Origin: Thalia democratica
Taxonomy: Eukaryota
Assembly: GCA_965202585.1 (NCBI GenBank)
Contig: OZ241830.1
Span: 59,148,001-59,212,000 of the forward strand
Reading direction: 5' to 3'
DNA length: 64,000 nucleotides
Position numbers and translations under genes: made by a program. Below are positions 1 through 11,508 of the stretch, piece by piece. Below the pieces are notes generated by a model that had not been told where the DNA came from, did not search any database, and saw only the letters and a program-made list of their open reading frames with translations. How positions within the stretch are numbered: the stretch's first letter is position 1; each line of letters starts with the position of its first letter.

Positions 1-79
1 TAACTTTTTAGTACTACATATCTTGTACAAAAATCTAAGACAAAATTCATTCAAAAACATCTTTATTAAAGCAACAAAC

Positions 80-117
80 AAGTAAAATCGATTTCGGCTA
101 ACGCTTTTCAATTACTT
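80..117 (-). ncRNA. Minimal type-I hammerhead-ribozyme-like motif (U3-A8 core variant), PLE1 left arm
   Basis: Exact reverse complement of 3648-3685. Confidence 0.6.
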
Positions 118-337
118 TAGTTAGCAACTAATTTTAAGATTAAATTTTGAGTATATAAATAGTTAGAGGTTACATCAGAAAAATCAATTAACACTAATTA
201 GCATAATTGAGCAAAATTAATCAGACATTCACTATTCATAAATGCATATATAAAAACAGTTTATCAGTAATTTAACTAAGACAAACAACATTAAAATAAA
301 AATAAAATAAAAATAAGCGACAAAATTCAAATAAAAT

Positions 338-1828
338 CTATAACAACTTATAAAGATTAGATTTATAAACGTATTGTTGCTTACACAATTTAGGTTTACA
401 TGTTTTTATAAATAGAGATTCTAAAACACTAAGGTGATAATCGTTACGAGCTTTACTTAAAATTGAAAAGTTACTATCACTATAGTTCTTTGCGCAATCT
501 GAATTGTTTAATAAGTGTTCAGCTATCGCTGATGATCTATTAGATGGTTTTTTTAAACCAGTGTCCATCCATCTTCTGAGGGAATTAAAAATGTGTTGGT
601 CCCTTCTAATATGGAATCTTTGAGACGTTCTGCCAATGTACTCACTGTCACAGTGGCACTTGTACATATAAATAATTTTGCTTTTTTCCTGATCGGCAGT
701 ACGGTCTTTGCAAATTCCATTTAAGGGCTTTCTTGTAGCATGACTGATTCTTAGTTGTACAGAGTTAAAAGTGGAGTTTACAGTGTATTTTACAGTCTTT
801 TCTAGAGCAGATGCTACTTTACCGAGATATGGCAATCTCAAATATACAGGGCATTTTCTAGGACCAAATTTAACCGGTTTTTCAAATTTTGTGATTGTAT
901 TGTTAATTGTCTTTCTGACTATATGCGATGGATAACCAAGAGCTTCAAAAATATTCTTTATTTTATCTAATTCCTCTTCAAACAACTTTTTCGAGCAAAT
1001 CTTGTGTGCTCTGAATACCAAACAAGAGATTAAACCGAGTTTTTGAGATAAAGGGCAGAATGACTGAAATGGAATATATTGACCAGCAAATGTAGGTTTT
1101 CTGTACACAGTGGTAAGCAACTCGGAAGATGTACGCAACAGATGTACATCCAAGAAAGGTAAGCAATTGTCTTTTTCTTTTTCAATAGTAAATTTTAAAT
1201 TTGGGTGTAAATTCGAAATTTTGCTAAATAATTCATCAATGTTATATTCATCATTGTAAGACACAAAAATGTCGTCAACATACCTAATATAGTTTATTGG
1301 TTTTTGATACTTGGAAAAGAGCAATGTTTCAAAGTATCCCACAAAAATGTTGGCTAAAATAGGGCCAAGTGGACTACCCATCGCTACTCCATCTATCTGT
1401 TTATAAATATAAGAATTAAATCTGAATTCAACATTTTTTACTGCCATGTTTAACATACTAAGACAAACATCTTTTGGAATAGAAGGAGCTGTAAGACCAG
1501 AATTGTAAAGTTCATTTAGACATATATTTATAGTTTCATCCACTGGGACATTAGTAAAGAGGCTTTTTATGTCAAAAGAACACATGTTACTTGGTAAAAA
1601 AGCATTTTTTCTTATGACTTCAACGAATGAGAAAGAGTCTTTTATACAGAAAGTGGAATACTTACTGGAAACTGGTTCGAGGATTTTGATTAGAAGCTTT
1701 GAAATTTTATATTGTGCAGAGCTACTCATATCTAAAATAGGTCTTGTTGGAACACCGTCTTTGTGAGTTTTAGGTAGTCCGTACAGTTTCGGACACTGAG
1801 AACCTGAAGGTCTAATAGACTCATACAA
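338..1828 (-). CDS. PLE polyprotein, C-terminal part: reverse transcriptase plus GIY-YIG endonuclease (5'-truncated, frame open)
   Basis: PLE RT motifs PKLYGLPKTHK..PTRPI, SFDIKSLFTNVP, YKQIDGVAMGSPLGP, RYVDDIF, LPFLDV, VYRKPT. The C-terminal GIY-YIG domain reads IIYMYKCHC..YIGRT..R..H, SAIAEHL, LESLFI..KPKL. The frame continues to the palindrome centre (AFQLKLRGWYAKGYISKDL), so the TTG start in the ORF track is not a real start. Confidence 0.92.
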   Translation of the reverse strand: MYESIRPSGSQCPKLYGLPKTHKDGVPTRPILDMSSSAQYKISKLLIKILEPVSSKYSTFCIKDSFSFVEVIRKNAFLPSNMCSFDIKSLFTNVPVDETINICLNELYNSGLTAPSIPKDVCLSMLNMAVKNVEFRFNSYIYKQIDGVAMGSPLGPILANIFVGYFETLLFSKYQKPINYIRYVDDIFVSYNDEYNIDELFSKISNLHPNLKFTIEKEKDNCLPFLDVHLLRTSSELLTTVYRKPTFAGQYIPFQSFCPLSQKLGLISCLVFRAHKICSKKLFEEELDKIKNIFEALGYPSHIVRKTINNTITKFEKPVKFGPRKCPVYLRLPYLGKVASALEKTVKYTVNSTFNSVQLRISHATRKPLNGICKDRTADQEKSKIIYMYKCHCDSEYIGRTSQRFHIRRDQHIFNSLRRWMDTGLKKPSNRSSAIAEHLLNNSDCAKNYSDSNFSILSKARNDYHLSVLESLFIKTCKPKLCKQQYVYKSNLYKLL

Positions 1829-1882
1829 ATCCTTAGAAATATAACCTTTGGCATACCAACCTCTGAGCTTAAGTTGAAAAGC

Positions 1883-3427
1883 TTTTCAACTTAAGCTCAG
1901 AGGTTGGTATGCCAAAGGTTATATTTCTAAGGATTTGTATGAGTCTATTAGACCTTCAGGTTCTCAGTGTCCGAAACTGTACGGACTACCTAAAACTCAC
2001 AAAGACGGTGTTCCAACAAGACCTATTTTAGATATGAGTAGCTCTGCACAATATAAAATTTCAAAGCTTCTAATCAAAATCCTCGAACCAGTTTCCAGTA
2101 AGTATTCCACTTTCTGTGATAAAGACTCTTTCTCATTCGTTGAAGTCATAAGAAAAAATGCTTTTTTACCAAGTAACATGTGTTCTTTTGACATAAAAAG
2201 CCTCTTTACTAATGTCCCAGTGGATGAAACTATAAATATATGTCTAAATGAACTTTACAATTCTGGTCTTACAGCTCCTTCTATTCCAAAAGATGTTTGT
2301 CTTAGTATGTTAAACATGGCAGTAAAAAATGTTGAATTCAGATTTAATTCTTATATTTATAAACAGATAGATGGAGTAGCGATGGGTAGTCCACTTGGCC
2401 CTATTTTAGCCAACATTTTTGTGGGATACTTTGAAACATTGCTCTTTTCCAAGTATCAAAAACCAATAAACTATATTAGGTATGTTGACGACATTTTTGT
2501 GTCTTACAATGATGAATATAACATTGATGAATTATTTAGCAAAATTTCGAATTTACACCCAAATTTAAAATTTACTATTGAAAAAGAAAAAGACAATTGC
2601 TTACCTTTCTTGGATGTACATCTGTTGCGTACATCTTCCGAGTTGCTTACCACTGTGTACAGAAAACCTACATTTGCTGGTCAATATATTCCATTTCAGT
2701 CATTCTGCCCTTTATCTCAAAAACTCGGTTTAATCTCTTGTTTGGTATTCAGAGCACACAAGATTTGCTCGAAAAAGTTGTTTGAAGAGGAATTAGATAA
2801 AATAAAGAATATTTTTGAAGCTCTTGGTTATCCATCGCATATAGTCAGAAAGACAATTAACAATACAATCACAAAATTTGAAAAACCGGTTAAATTTGGT
2901 CCTAGAAAATGCCCTGTATATTTGAGATTGCCATATCTCGGTAAAGTAGCATCTGCTCTAGAAAAGACTGTAAAATACACTGTAAACTCCACTTTTAACT
3001 CTGTACAACTAAGAATCAGTCATGCTACAAGAAAGCCCTTAAATGGAATTTGCAAAGACCGTACTGCCGATCAGGAAAAAAGCAAAATTATTTATATGTA
3101 CAAGTGCCACTGTGACAGTGAGTACATTGGCAGAACGTCTCAAAGATTCCATATTAGAAGGGACCAACACATTTTTAATTCCCTCAGAAGATGGATGGAC
3201 ACTGGTTTAAAAAAAAACCATCTAATAGATCATCAGCGATAGCTGAACACTTATTAAACAATTCAGATTGCGCAAAGAACTATAGTGATAGTAACTTTTC
3301 AATTTTAAGTAAAGCTCGTAACGATTATCACCTTAGTGTTTTAGAATCTCTATTTATAAAAACATGTAAACCTAAATTGTGTAAGCAACAATACGTTTAT
3401 AAATCTAATCTTTATAAGTTGTTATAG
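1883..3427 (+). pseudogene. Mirror copy of the PLE RT-GIY-YIG ORF, frameshifted in an A9 run (3209-3217)
   Basis: ORFs 1935-3242 and 3191-3427 together equal the 496-aa minus-strand protein. A9 instead of A7 shifts the frame, which may be a homopolymer consensus error. Confidence 0.9.
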
Positions 3428-3647
3428 ATTTTATTTGAATTTTGTCGCTTATTTTTATTTTATTTTTATTTTAATGTTGTTTGTCTTAGTTAAATTACTG
3501 ATAAACTGTTTTTATATATGCATTTATGAATAGTGAATGTCTGATTAATTTTGCTCAATTATGCTAATTAGTGTTAATTGATTTTTCTGATGTAACCTCT
3601 AACTATTTATATACTCAAAATTTAATCTTAAAATTAGTTGCTAACTA

Positions 3648-3685
3648 AAGTAATTGAAAAGCGTTAGCCGAAATCGATTTTACTT
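3648..3685 (+). ncRNA. Minimal type-I hammerhead-ribozyme-like motif (U3-A8 core variant), PLE1 right arm
   Basis: AAGTAA-TTGAAAA-GCGTTAGCC-GAAA-TCGA-T-T-TTACTT. It has a perfect 6-bp stem I (AAGTAA/TTACTT), core UUGAAAA in place of CUGANGA, a minimal G-C-closed stem II, GAAA and a palindromic stem III (AAATCGATTT). PLE 3' regions are known to carry minimal hammerheads. Confidence 0.6.
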
Positions 3686-3742
3686 GTTTGTTGCTTTAAT
3701 AAAGATGTTTTTGAATGAATTTTGTCTTAGATTTTTGTACAA

Positions 3743-6700
3743 TTATATGAAAGCATTACTTATATACTACAAGATACTTTTCAAAGTGAAAAATAAATTA
3801 TTAGCATTGAAATATCAGTACTGTGTAAAAGTTTTCACAAATAGTTGAACTGAGCATAAATAATTTTTTAGGTTGTTTTAAAAAATTACAACATGCAAGC
3901 CACAAATTATAGTGAATGGACTGTGGATCAGCTTAAACGCCTTGATATAAATGCTTTATCTGAAGTTGAGAAGCTCAAGTTAAAAAACAGCAGACCAACA
4001 CCAGATATTTCAATTACCCAAGAGTGTACATCAAGAGGTTTGAAGTTTATTTTATGACTAAGCTAAAATTTTGAACTATATGAAAAAATTTAATTATTAT
4101 TTATATATGTGTTTGTTACTTTAAAAAGAAAATATATTATGAGGAAAAAGTTATGATGTTTACAAAGATTATTGCAGTTTTAGTTTAACTAAAATATTAG
4201 CTCTATAAATTAAAGTCTTAGAGCTAGCGTATATTTGAAACATTGTTTCATCCTAATATTTTCTTAGCTGAGATTTTACTAAAGGAGAAATTTTTAGAGG
4301 TTTTTTATATATATACTTTTCAGGTATTTATAGTTTTATCAATGTCAGTTTTTGTAACAACTTTAGCACTCAAATAATGAGAATAAAGAGTTTTTTTTAT
4401 TAATAGAGTGTGTAAATTTATTTTAATTTTCTAAAAAAAAGATATTTTTTTTAATGGTTTTACAGTCATGTTTTTTGTCAATGTCAGATTTTTGTGTTAA
4501 AAAGGTAAGCCTTTCAAGAGAAAGTTCAGCAATGAATATTACAACAAGCACCAATGGCTTTGCGCATGTAAACAGTCCATGGCCCTATACTGTTTTCCGT
4601 GTATTCTGTTTGGAGGTGAAGATGCTTGGACAAAAACTGGTTTTAGAAACTTGTCCAAAATTGCTGCAAGATCTCTATCTCATGCCAAATCTTCCAAGCA
4701 TTTGGACAACATTGTGTCTTTCAACTTCCTAGGTAAAAGTTGCATCCAAATTTATCTAAGTAAAAGTTACCAGGATAGCATTGAAAAACATAATGAAGAA
4801 GTGAGAAAAAACAGAAAAGTACTGAATATTTTAATTGACAGTGTACTTTTTTGTGGCCAACAAGAAATTGCGTTAAGAGGCCACAATGAAACTGAAAATT
4901 CCTTAAATCCTGGTGGCTTTAGGTCTTTGCTTAGATATGCCAGCAAACTAGATAAAGACCTTGAAGGTCATTTAGAAAAAAGCAAAGCATTTTTAGGAGT
5001 GTCTGCCACATTCCAAAATGAGATTCTAGAATGTGTTTTGAAAGTCTATAGAAAAGAAGTTGTCTCACAAGTAGAACAAGCACATTTTATAGCAGTCATT
5101 GCAGACGAGACAACTGATATAGTGTCCAAAATCAGCTTTCAATTGTTGTTAGATACACACACCAAGGAAACGTTGTGGAAAGATTTTGGGGTTTTTTTAG
5201 ACCTAAAAGAGCTAATGCTGATGGTATTTCTGAAGTAATTTTGACTGAGCTAGCCAACATTTTTCAAGGAAATAAAAAGAAATTAATTGCCCAGACGTAT
5301 GATGGTGCATCAGTGATAAAGGGACGAATTGGAGGAGTTCATGTCAAGGTGAAAGAAGTATACCCCAACGCACATTATGTACATTGTGCTGCTCACCAAA
5401 AAAATTTGGTTTTATCAAGAGCTGGCAGTTGCAACAATGAAGCAAGGCTCTTCTTTGCAAAACTTGATCAAATTCCAAACTTTTTTTCCAAATCGCCAGA
5501 GAGAAAACAAGCCATTGAAGTCTCTGTTCCTTCAGGCTCCAGAACACGATGGAATTATAGCTCAAGAACAGTATGCAAAGTTGCCATGAACTTAGATGAA
5601 TTACTCAATGGATTTAAATCAATTGTTAATTCTTCAGATTGCTACGGTTTGCCAACAATTTCTGCTGCTTCAAACTGCATCAAAACTTTAGAAGACAATA
5701 AATTTCTTTTTTGGCTTAATGTATTTGCTGCATTAATGCCTGAAGTAGAAATTTTATACAAGGTAATGCAGAGCACCAGTTTGACAGTTAAAAAGGCAGA
5801 GGACCATATTCGCAATTTTAAAAATTCAGTTGCTAGAATTCGGAACTCAACTATAACAGATCATGAGTCTGTAAACCTCTCTGCTGCTACAAAAGAGGTT
5901 TGCGACAGTGTAAATCTAAATGTGGCAGAAAGGTTCAAGTTTTCTGGCCACTTGCGAATTGCTCAGTTATTTGACGAAAAAAAGTTCAACGCGTACATAT
6001 CTACATTTCCATCAAATTTGGTTGAAGAAGTGAAAACATACTATCCAGAGGTAGAGTCGAAAATATTAGTTAATGAGTTAAATACTTTTTATAAACGAAA
6101 AGAAATGCACAAGTGCGGTCTTGTTAAAATTTTAGCTGACTTGAAAGAAAACAACTTGGATAAATCTTTCACTGAAATCACAAAGCTGTTGAACATACTG
6201 ATAGCAATACCAATGTGTTCAACAGAGGCAGAAAGATCATTTTCAGCTCTAAAAAGAATTAAGACTTACCTAAGAAACACTATGGGCCAGACAAGACTTA
6301 ATTCTTTAAGTGTATTATCAACTGGTCGAGATTTAGTTAGTGAATGTGATGGTTTTAATTCGAAGGTAATAGAAATGTTTGTTGAGAAAAAAGAAAGAAG
6401 GATGCATTTTACTTATAAAGGTAAAAAATAATTTTCTGATTATCATTAACAGAGAGTACATAATTAAGCTTATTTTGTTTTGTGTTTTTAACTTTTAATA
6501 TTTTTAGTTTGCAAATAGTAAACTACTAAAAATATTTTACTTTATTTTTAATTCGCTGTACTGAATGCTACTTTTGACTAAACTTTATATTTTATTTCTT
6601 TTCAGATACATTATATGTTTTTAGTTAGTATTTCATTAATTAGATGTTAATGTTTATAGGTTATTTTAAAACTTTAGTTTTGTTAGTCAACAAATTGTGA

Positions 6701-7847
6701 ACTATTACTCAGATTCTGCTTTGTTTGTTAATTTTGTATGATAAGAATAATTCCGACTTAACTTCAATTATGTTTTTAGTAAAAGTTAGTTGTTTTAGGT
6801 AATTATTTTTTGACCCAGATATAATTTTTTAAAGGTTATTTTACAACTTGTAATTGTTTAGTTTGCAAACATAGACCTTTTAAACAAATTTTGCTTTATT
6901 TGTTTATTATCTATATTGAAAGCTAATAATGACCAAGTTGTGCTTTTTAGTTTTTATAAGTTATATTAAAGTTATATATGTTTCAAAACGTAGGTAGAAT
7001 TGTGTTTAATTTTTTTAGTGTGTTAAACTATTTTAAGAAAAAAGTCAATTTTTTTTTGCTGCTGTGATATCTATAACTTTTTAAAGACCTTTGTGTTTAA
7101 ATTGTAAAAGTTTTAAAAGAAAATTCCTTCTAGTGTGGTTTTTTTTTTCAATTTTAATGTTATTTTTTACTGGTGAAAATAAAGTAACTAACTCAAAAGA
7201 GACAAAGTCACTGTTTAAAGCAATCTGTTTTTAAGTGCTTTAAAAGTTACTTTACTTTTTGAGTTAATTTTATAATCTACAAAATGTTTATTAATGATAT
7301 TTTTTGATTCTTAATTTTATTTTGCTAAACATAAATCCTTTTTTTTTTTGTTTATAAGAGCATTGATGCTTAAATAGTTAAATACGTAGTTTTCAAATGT
7401 TTTTTAAAGTTGTATTGTAAGAAGTTATTTAAACATGTAAAATAATTTTTTTATAAATCCAAAAAAAAAAACTTCTTTTGCTCTTATAATTAAATTATGT
7501 TAATATATACGAACTTTTTATCAATGTATGATATATTGTAAATTTATGTACTGTATTATAATAAAAATTTTTAGCAACATGGTAATCTTTTTCCTTCATT
7601 ACGTACTAATAATCAAATTTCTCGTATTTTGAAATTAAATATAAAATATCTGTTTTTAAGTATATCAAGTTTTTTTATATTCATATTAAGAAGCATTTAA
7701 GCTAATATTTTAAAGACTTTTAGCTTAAATTTCCCTATTTCTTTCTAATTCCTTGAGTTTTATTTTAATGTTTCAATTTAGGGGATTTTTTAACTTGACA
7801 ACTCAATCTGCAGCACCCCCTAACAAAAATACCACGCTACGCCACTG
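3743..7847 (+). mobile_element. hAT DNA transposon (ZMYM1-like/TTF-zinc-finger type). The 3' TIR ends at 7847; the 5' TIR is not in the window, so the start is approximate
   Basis: Transposase gene plus terminal ...CTACGCCACTG (reverse complement CAGTGGCGTAG) at 7837-7847, followed by ATAACAAC. No matching left TIR was seen between 3743 and 3893. Confidence 0.8.
3893..6431 (+). pseudogene. hAT transposase; exons 3893-4037 and 4505-6431, single -1 frameshift near 5120
   Basis: Exon 1 reads MQATNY...RPTPDISITQECTSR and splices (GT at 4038, AG at 4503-4504) to GKPFKRKFSNEYYNKHQWLCAC...LYCFPC (TTF Zn finger). Further motifs: ALRGH, ADETTD, TYDGA, HCAAH, RW and the dimerisation domain TEAERSFSALKRIKTYLRNTMGQTRL. 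One missing base in gatatagtgtccaaaatcag joins the two track ORFs (restores DISVQNQLSIVVRY). Confidence 0.88.
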
Positions 7848-8420
7848 ATAACAACTAAAAAAAAACTGTAAAATTAACAAAGTAAAACAGTACAATATAA
7901 TAAAGTAAATGTTAAAAGTAAAAAAAATAATAAAAACAACTTATGTTTTATTTTTGCTAGTTATCAAAAACAATACATTGTTTCATTCATTTAGTAAACT
8001 ATTTTACTTGTCCTGGATAAGACATTAAAAGGTACCTGCGGTGTGCGACCCAATAACCAAATATTTATAAAATTTTATGAATTTCTTAAAGTTTTTGAAA
8101 GTACACATTTTTTAGTCTATATTAGTTTTGAGTTAAGTTTAAGGTAAAAAACTGAACCAAATAGTACAACAACATGAAATACCATACTGTAAGGGTAATT
8201 TAAATGTGTTATTTCAAAAAAAATTTATGATAATGTTAAGTTATTCTTATCTATATGATTGACTTTTTGTGTCATTTCAAAATTTTACTACTTAACATTT
8301 AAAAACTGTTTAAATTCAAGGTTTTTCTCAAAAATTTTCAAAATTAAAGTGCTTTTGCCTAAATTGTCAAACTCCAGGTTATTTCAAGTTTAGTGGTCAC
8401 ACTGCAATTAACGAGTATAA

Positions 8421-9332
8421 AGTTAATTTTATAGGAAAATTTATTAATTTTTCAAAAACATAAAACTTTAATGTTAATTATTTTCCTTATCTTAAAAGCC
8501 ATCTAAAAAGTTTTTTATTTTATTTTAGAGAACGCACCTTTGTCTTTGATTTGAAAAAAAAATTTGGTTTGGGGTTGGAATTATTTCAAGGGGTCCCTCC
8601 AAAAATTAAAGGTTTTTTTGTTATTTTTTAATTCTTTTGTTTTTTAACCAAAAATAAATATTTATTTTTTATTTTTTTCCCTTATTTTGCATGTTATTTA
8701 AACTGTTAAATGTTTATTTTATAAACAATGTTAATATCTTTTACGATTTGGCCCAAAAGAAAAATGATGTATATTACACTATCATTTGCCTTGGCCATTT
8801 TTTAGATAAAAAAATTTATAAAAGGAAAAAAAAATTAATAAGATTGTGAATTACAACAAACTAAATTAAACTAAAATAATTTAATTAAATTTGTTGTAAT
8901 TCACATTCTTATTAATTTTTTTTCCTTTTATCAATTTTTTATCTAGGAAATGACCAAGGCAAATAATAGTGTAATATACATCATTTTGCTTTGGGGCCAA
9001 ATCGTAAAAAAGATTAACATTATTTTTAAAATAAACATTTAAGAGTTTAAATAATATGCAAAATAAGGGTAAATAAAAAAAAATAAAAAAAAATATTTAT
9101 TTTTGGTTCAAAAACAAAAAAATTGAAAAATAACAAAAAAAACCTTTATTTTTGGAGGGACCCCTTGAAATAATTCCAACCCCAAACCAAATTTTTTTTT
9201 AAAATCAAAGACAAAGGTGCGTTCTCTAAAATAAATAAAAAATTGTTAGATAGCTTTTAAAATAAGGAAAATAATTGACTTTTAAGTTTTATGTTTTTTG
9301 AAAAATTAATAAATTTTCCTATAAAATTAACT
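8421..9332. mobile_element. Fold-back element, about 910 bp, long imperfect inverted arms
   Basis: agttaattttataggaaaa...gagaacgcacctttg...ggggtccctccaaaa is mirrored by ...ggagggacccc...caaaggtgcgttctc...ttttcctataaaattaact; centre near 8870. Direct repeat actgcaatta at 8401-8410 and 9330-9339. Confidence 0.8.
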
Positions 9333-9734
9333 GCAATTAGCAAAATTTTAAGCAAAAAAAAATAGTAGTTGTTTGTAACATACTTCAAGTAAAACTTCAT
9401 AAAGTAATATCAAAAAAAGAAAAAAGCATAGATTTAAAAAAAAAAAGGAATTAAATTTTCAAAAAATAAAATCTCATTTACATTAAAGGTAATTTTGGTA
9501 TATAAAACTATCTAAATCAATTGAAAAATTTATACAATACTAACTTGAAGGTTGCCACTTGTTTTTTAGAACTTTTTTTCAAGTTTTTTAAATTCTTACA
9601 GGTTTTTTAGATACAAGTTTTTTGTACTATTTTAGTAAAAAAATCAATTTATGATAAAATGAAATACTAAGACAAAATTACTAAAATTTTTATGCAATGC
9701 TAACAAAAATATTCTTATAATTTGACTATATTTT

Positions 9735-9926
9735 TTGAAACTAGTAGTTATTTCTACTTGAATTAAAGCTTTATTGGTTTTAATATAAATTATTTTAACA
9801 ATTGAGGATTTTTGTTCAAAAATGTTAAATTCCAAATATTGTCCTGAATTCTAAGAGTCCTGGTAAAATAGGTACCCTGAAACTTGGTTGTTACTTTTTT
9901 ACAAAACTGCTACTCTTTTAGCAATA
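9735..9926 (+). repeat. 192-bp segment duplicated identically at 11803-11994
   Basis: Read base by base: ttgaaactagtagtt...ctcttttagcaata is the same in both places. Confidence 0.9.
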
Positions 9927-11508
9927 AATGTACTTGAGTTTAATCTTAGTAGCCTGAATTTAATTTTACAAATAAAAGAAGTAACAACATGCAAAAATTA
10001 AAAGATATATACTTTTAATCAAGCTTAAATACACAATATCCATAATATATATCAGAGGACTTAGGTAAAAGTATTTTTGGTATAAATGCAAAATCATATG
10101 CTTTAAATAAAGTGTTTTAAGTCATAAAAACTACCTTGAAAATTTGGCAAAAATATAAAGTATCCTTTGTTTTACAACAAAATCAAAGAACCAGTGAGCT
10201 TGAGTTTTTACAAATATCATGAAAATTTTTAAGTTTGCTTTAATTTTTTAAAGCTTTAAAATAGCCTAAGTTTAGAAACGCTGCTACTAATCAAAAATAT
10301 TCTTAGTGATGAAAAAAATTGCTGTGTCAGCCTGAGTATATGAACAGTCTGTATGTTATAATTTTATTAAAGGCACTAACATATATATTTTCTAAATTTA
10401 TAAATATATTTTCAATTAATTAAAAAAAAACCTTGTTTTCTTCAAATTTTATTCTTTAAAAAATGTCATTGTAAGATTTAATCTTTTTTAATAAATGACT
10501 CTTAAATATCAAAAAAAAAAAAAGACTAGGAACTATCATGTTTGTGATCTATCTAAATAGGGTAGTACAATATTAATAAAAAAGAAGTATTGCTACACAA
10601 TTTTTCTGTAAGCTATAGAAACAAAACTCATAATCATACAATTAAAGATAGAGTAAATAATTTAAACTAATAAATACCATACTACAATATGTTGGTATGG
10701 TACCACAATTATTATATCTCTTAATGCTAAATCTATGTTTAGTGTGTTTATAACAGCTATTTTAATAATAAAGCCATTTTAGTCATTTAAAAGTACGAAC
10801 TTAAACACTGACTTATTTCGCTTATTTTTAAAATAAATACAAAAGTTTCACTAAAAAGAATATTCTTTTATATTTATGTCACGTTTATTTAGATTAAACA
10901 TTAATTTAATTTTTGAACCAAGATCACAAAAAAAACATTGAATTTTTTCGTCTGCTTTTAATCCTGAAATTTTATATATATAATAGATTATTAAAAAAAC
11001 ATTTTTCATTTTTATTGTTCTTTTAGCTCACTTGTTAATGATTTAGAACTTTTTTTATTGAAGTTTTTAGAAGATACACTCCATACAAATTTATAAGGTC
11101 TACTAACGCTTTGACAACAAGTAAAAAGTACGTGCCAGAATGAACTGTTTTATTTTTTCTGTTAGGTTTTTTCTTCTAACTTAAAGATGGAAAAACTTTT
11201 TAATATCAATAAATAAATTGAATTTTTTTGATCTAATACTTTTATTCTCTATTTCTTTTGTATGTAATGTAATAAACTTTTTTATTGTTGCATTATAATA
11301 TCTTAAACATACTGATTTTACTTTTACTTTTTGGTTTATTTCATTCTTTTGTTTGAAGTAGTTGAAGATAGTAAAAAATCTGAATTTTGTTTACTAAAGT
11401 ATAAAAAGCGTTTTTTTTTACAAAATTTATCATTATTATTTTTAGTGATAAAAGTTTGTTATATTACTTCATTTAGAAGCATAAAAGTTTTGAACTAAAA
11501 TAAAATTA

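Larger units (their letters stand above)
23..3742. mobile_element. Penelope-like retroelement (PLE1) as a spacer-less head-to-head palindrome of two 5'-truncated copies (arms 23-1881 and 1882-3742)
   Basis: The arms are reverse complements about a centre at 1881/1882 (ctctgagcttaagttgaaaag|cttttcaacttaagctcagag). Symmetry stops at 23/3742 and the flanks differ. I found only two differences between arms: T7 at 548-554 vs A9 at 3209-3217, and a local g/a shift near 1645/2118. Confidence 0.95.

Noticed and set aside
978-2785. Short ORFs 978-1166, 1569-1766, 1997-2194 and 2597-2785 appearing as mirrored pairs
   Set aside because: They are alternate-frame or antisense by-products of the PLE ORF, duplicated by the palindrome.
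23-3742. Palindrome as a fold-back read chimera
   Set aside because: Not favoured, because symmetry ends at the element 3' boundary with unrelated flanks and two older diverged PLE dimers show the same layout. It is not fully excluded without raw reads.
4454-5589. ORFs 4454-4732, 5344-5565 and 5377-5589
   Set aside because: Alternate frames overlapping the hAT transposase, with no independent features.
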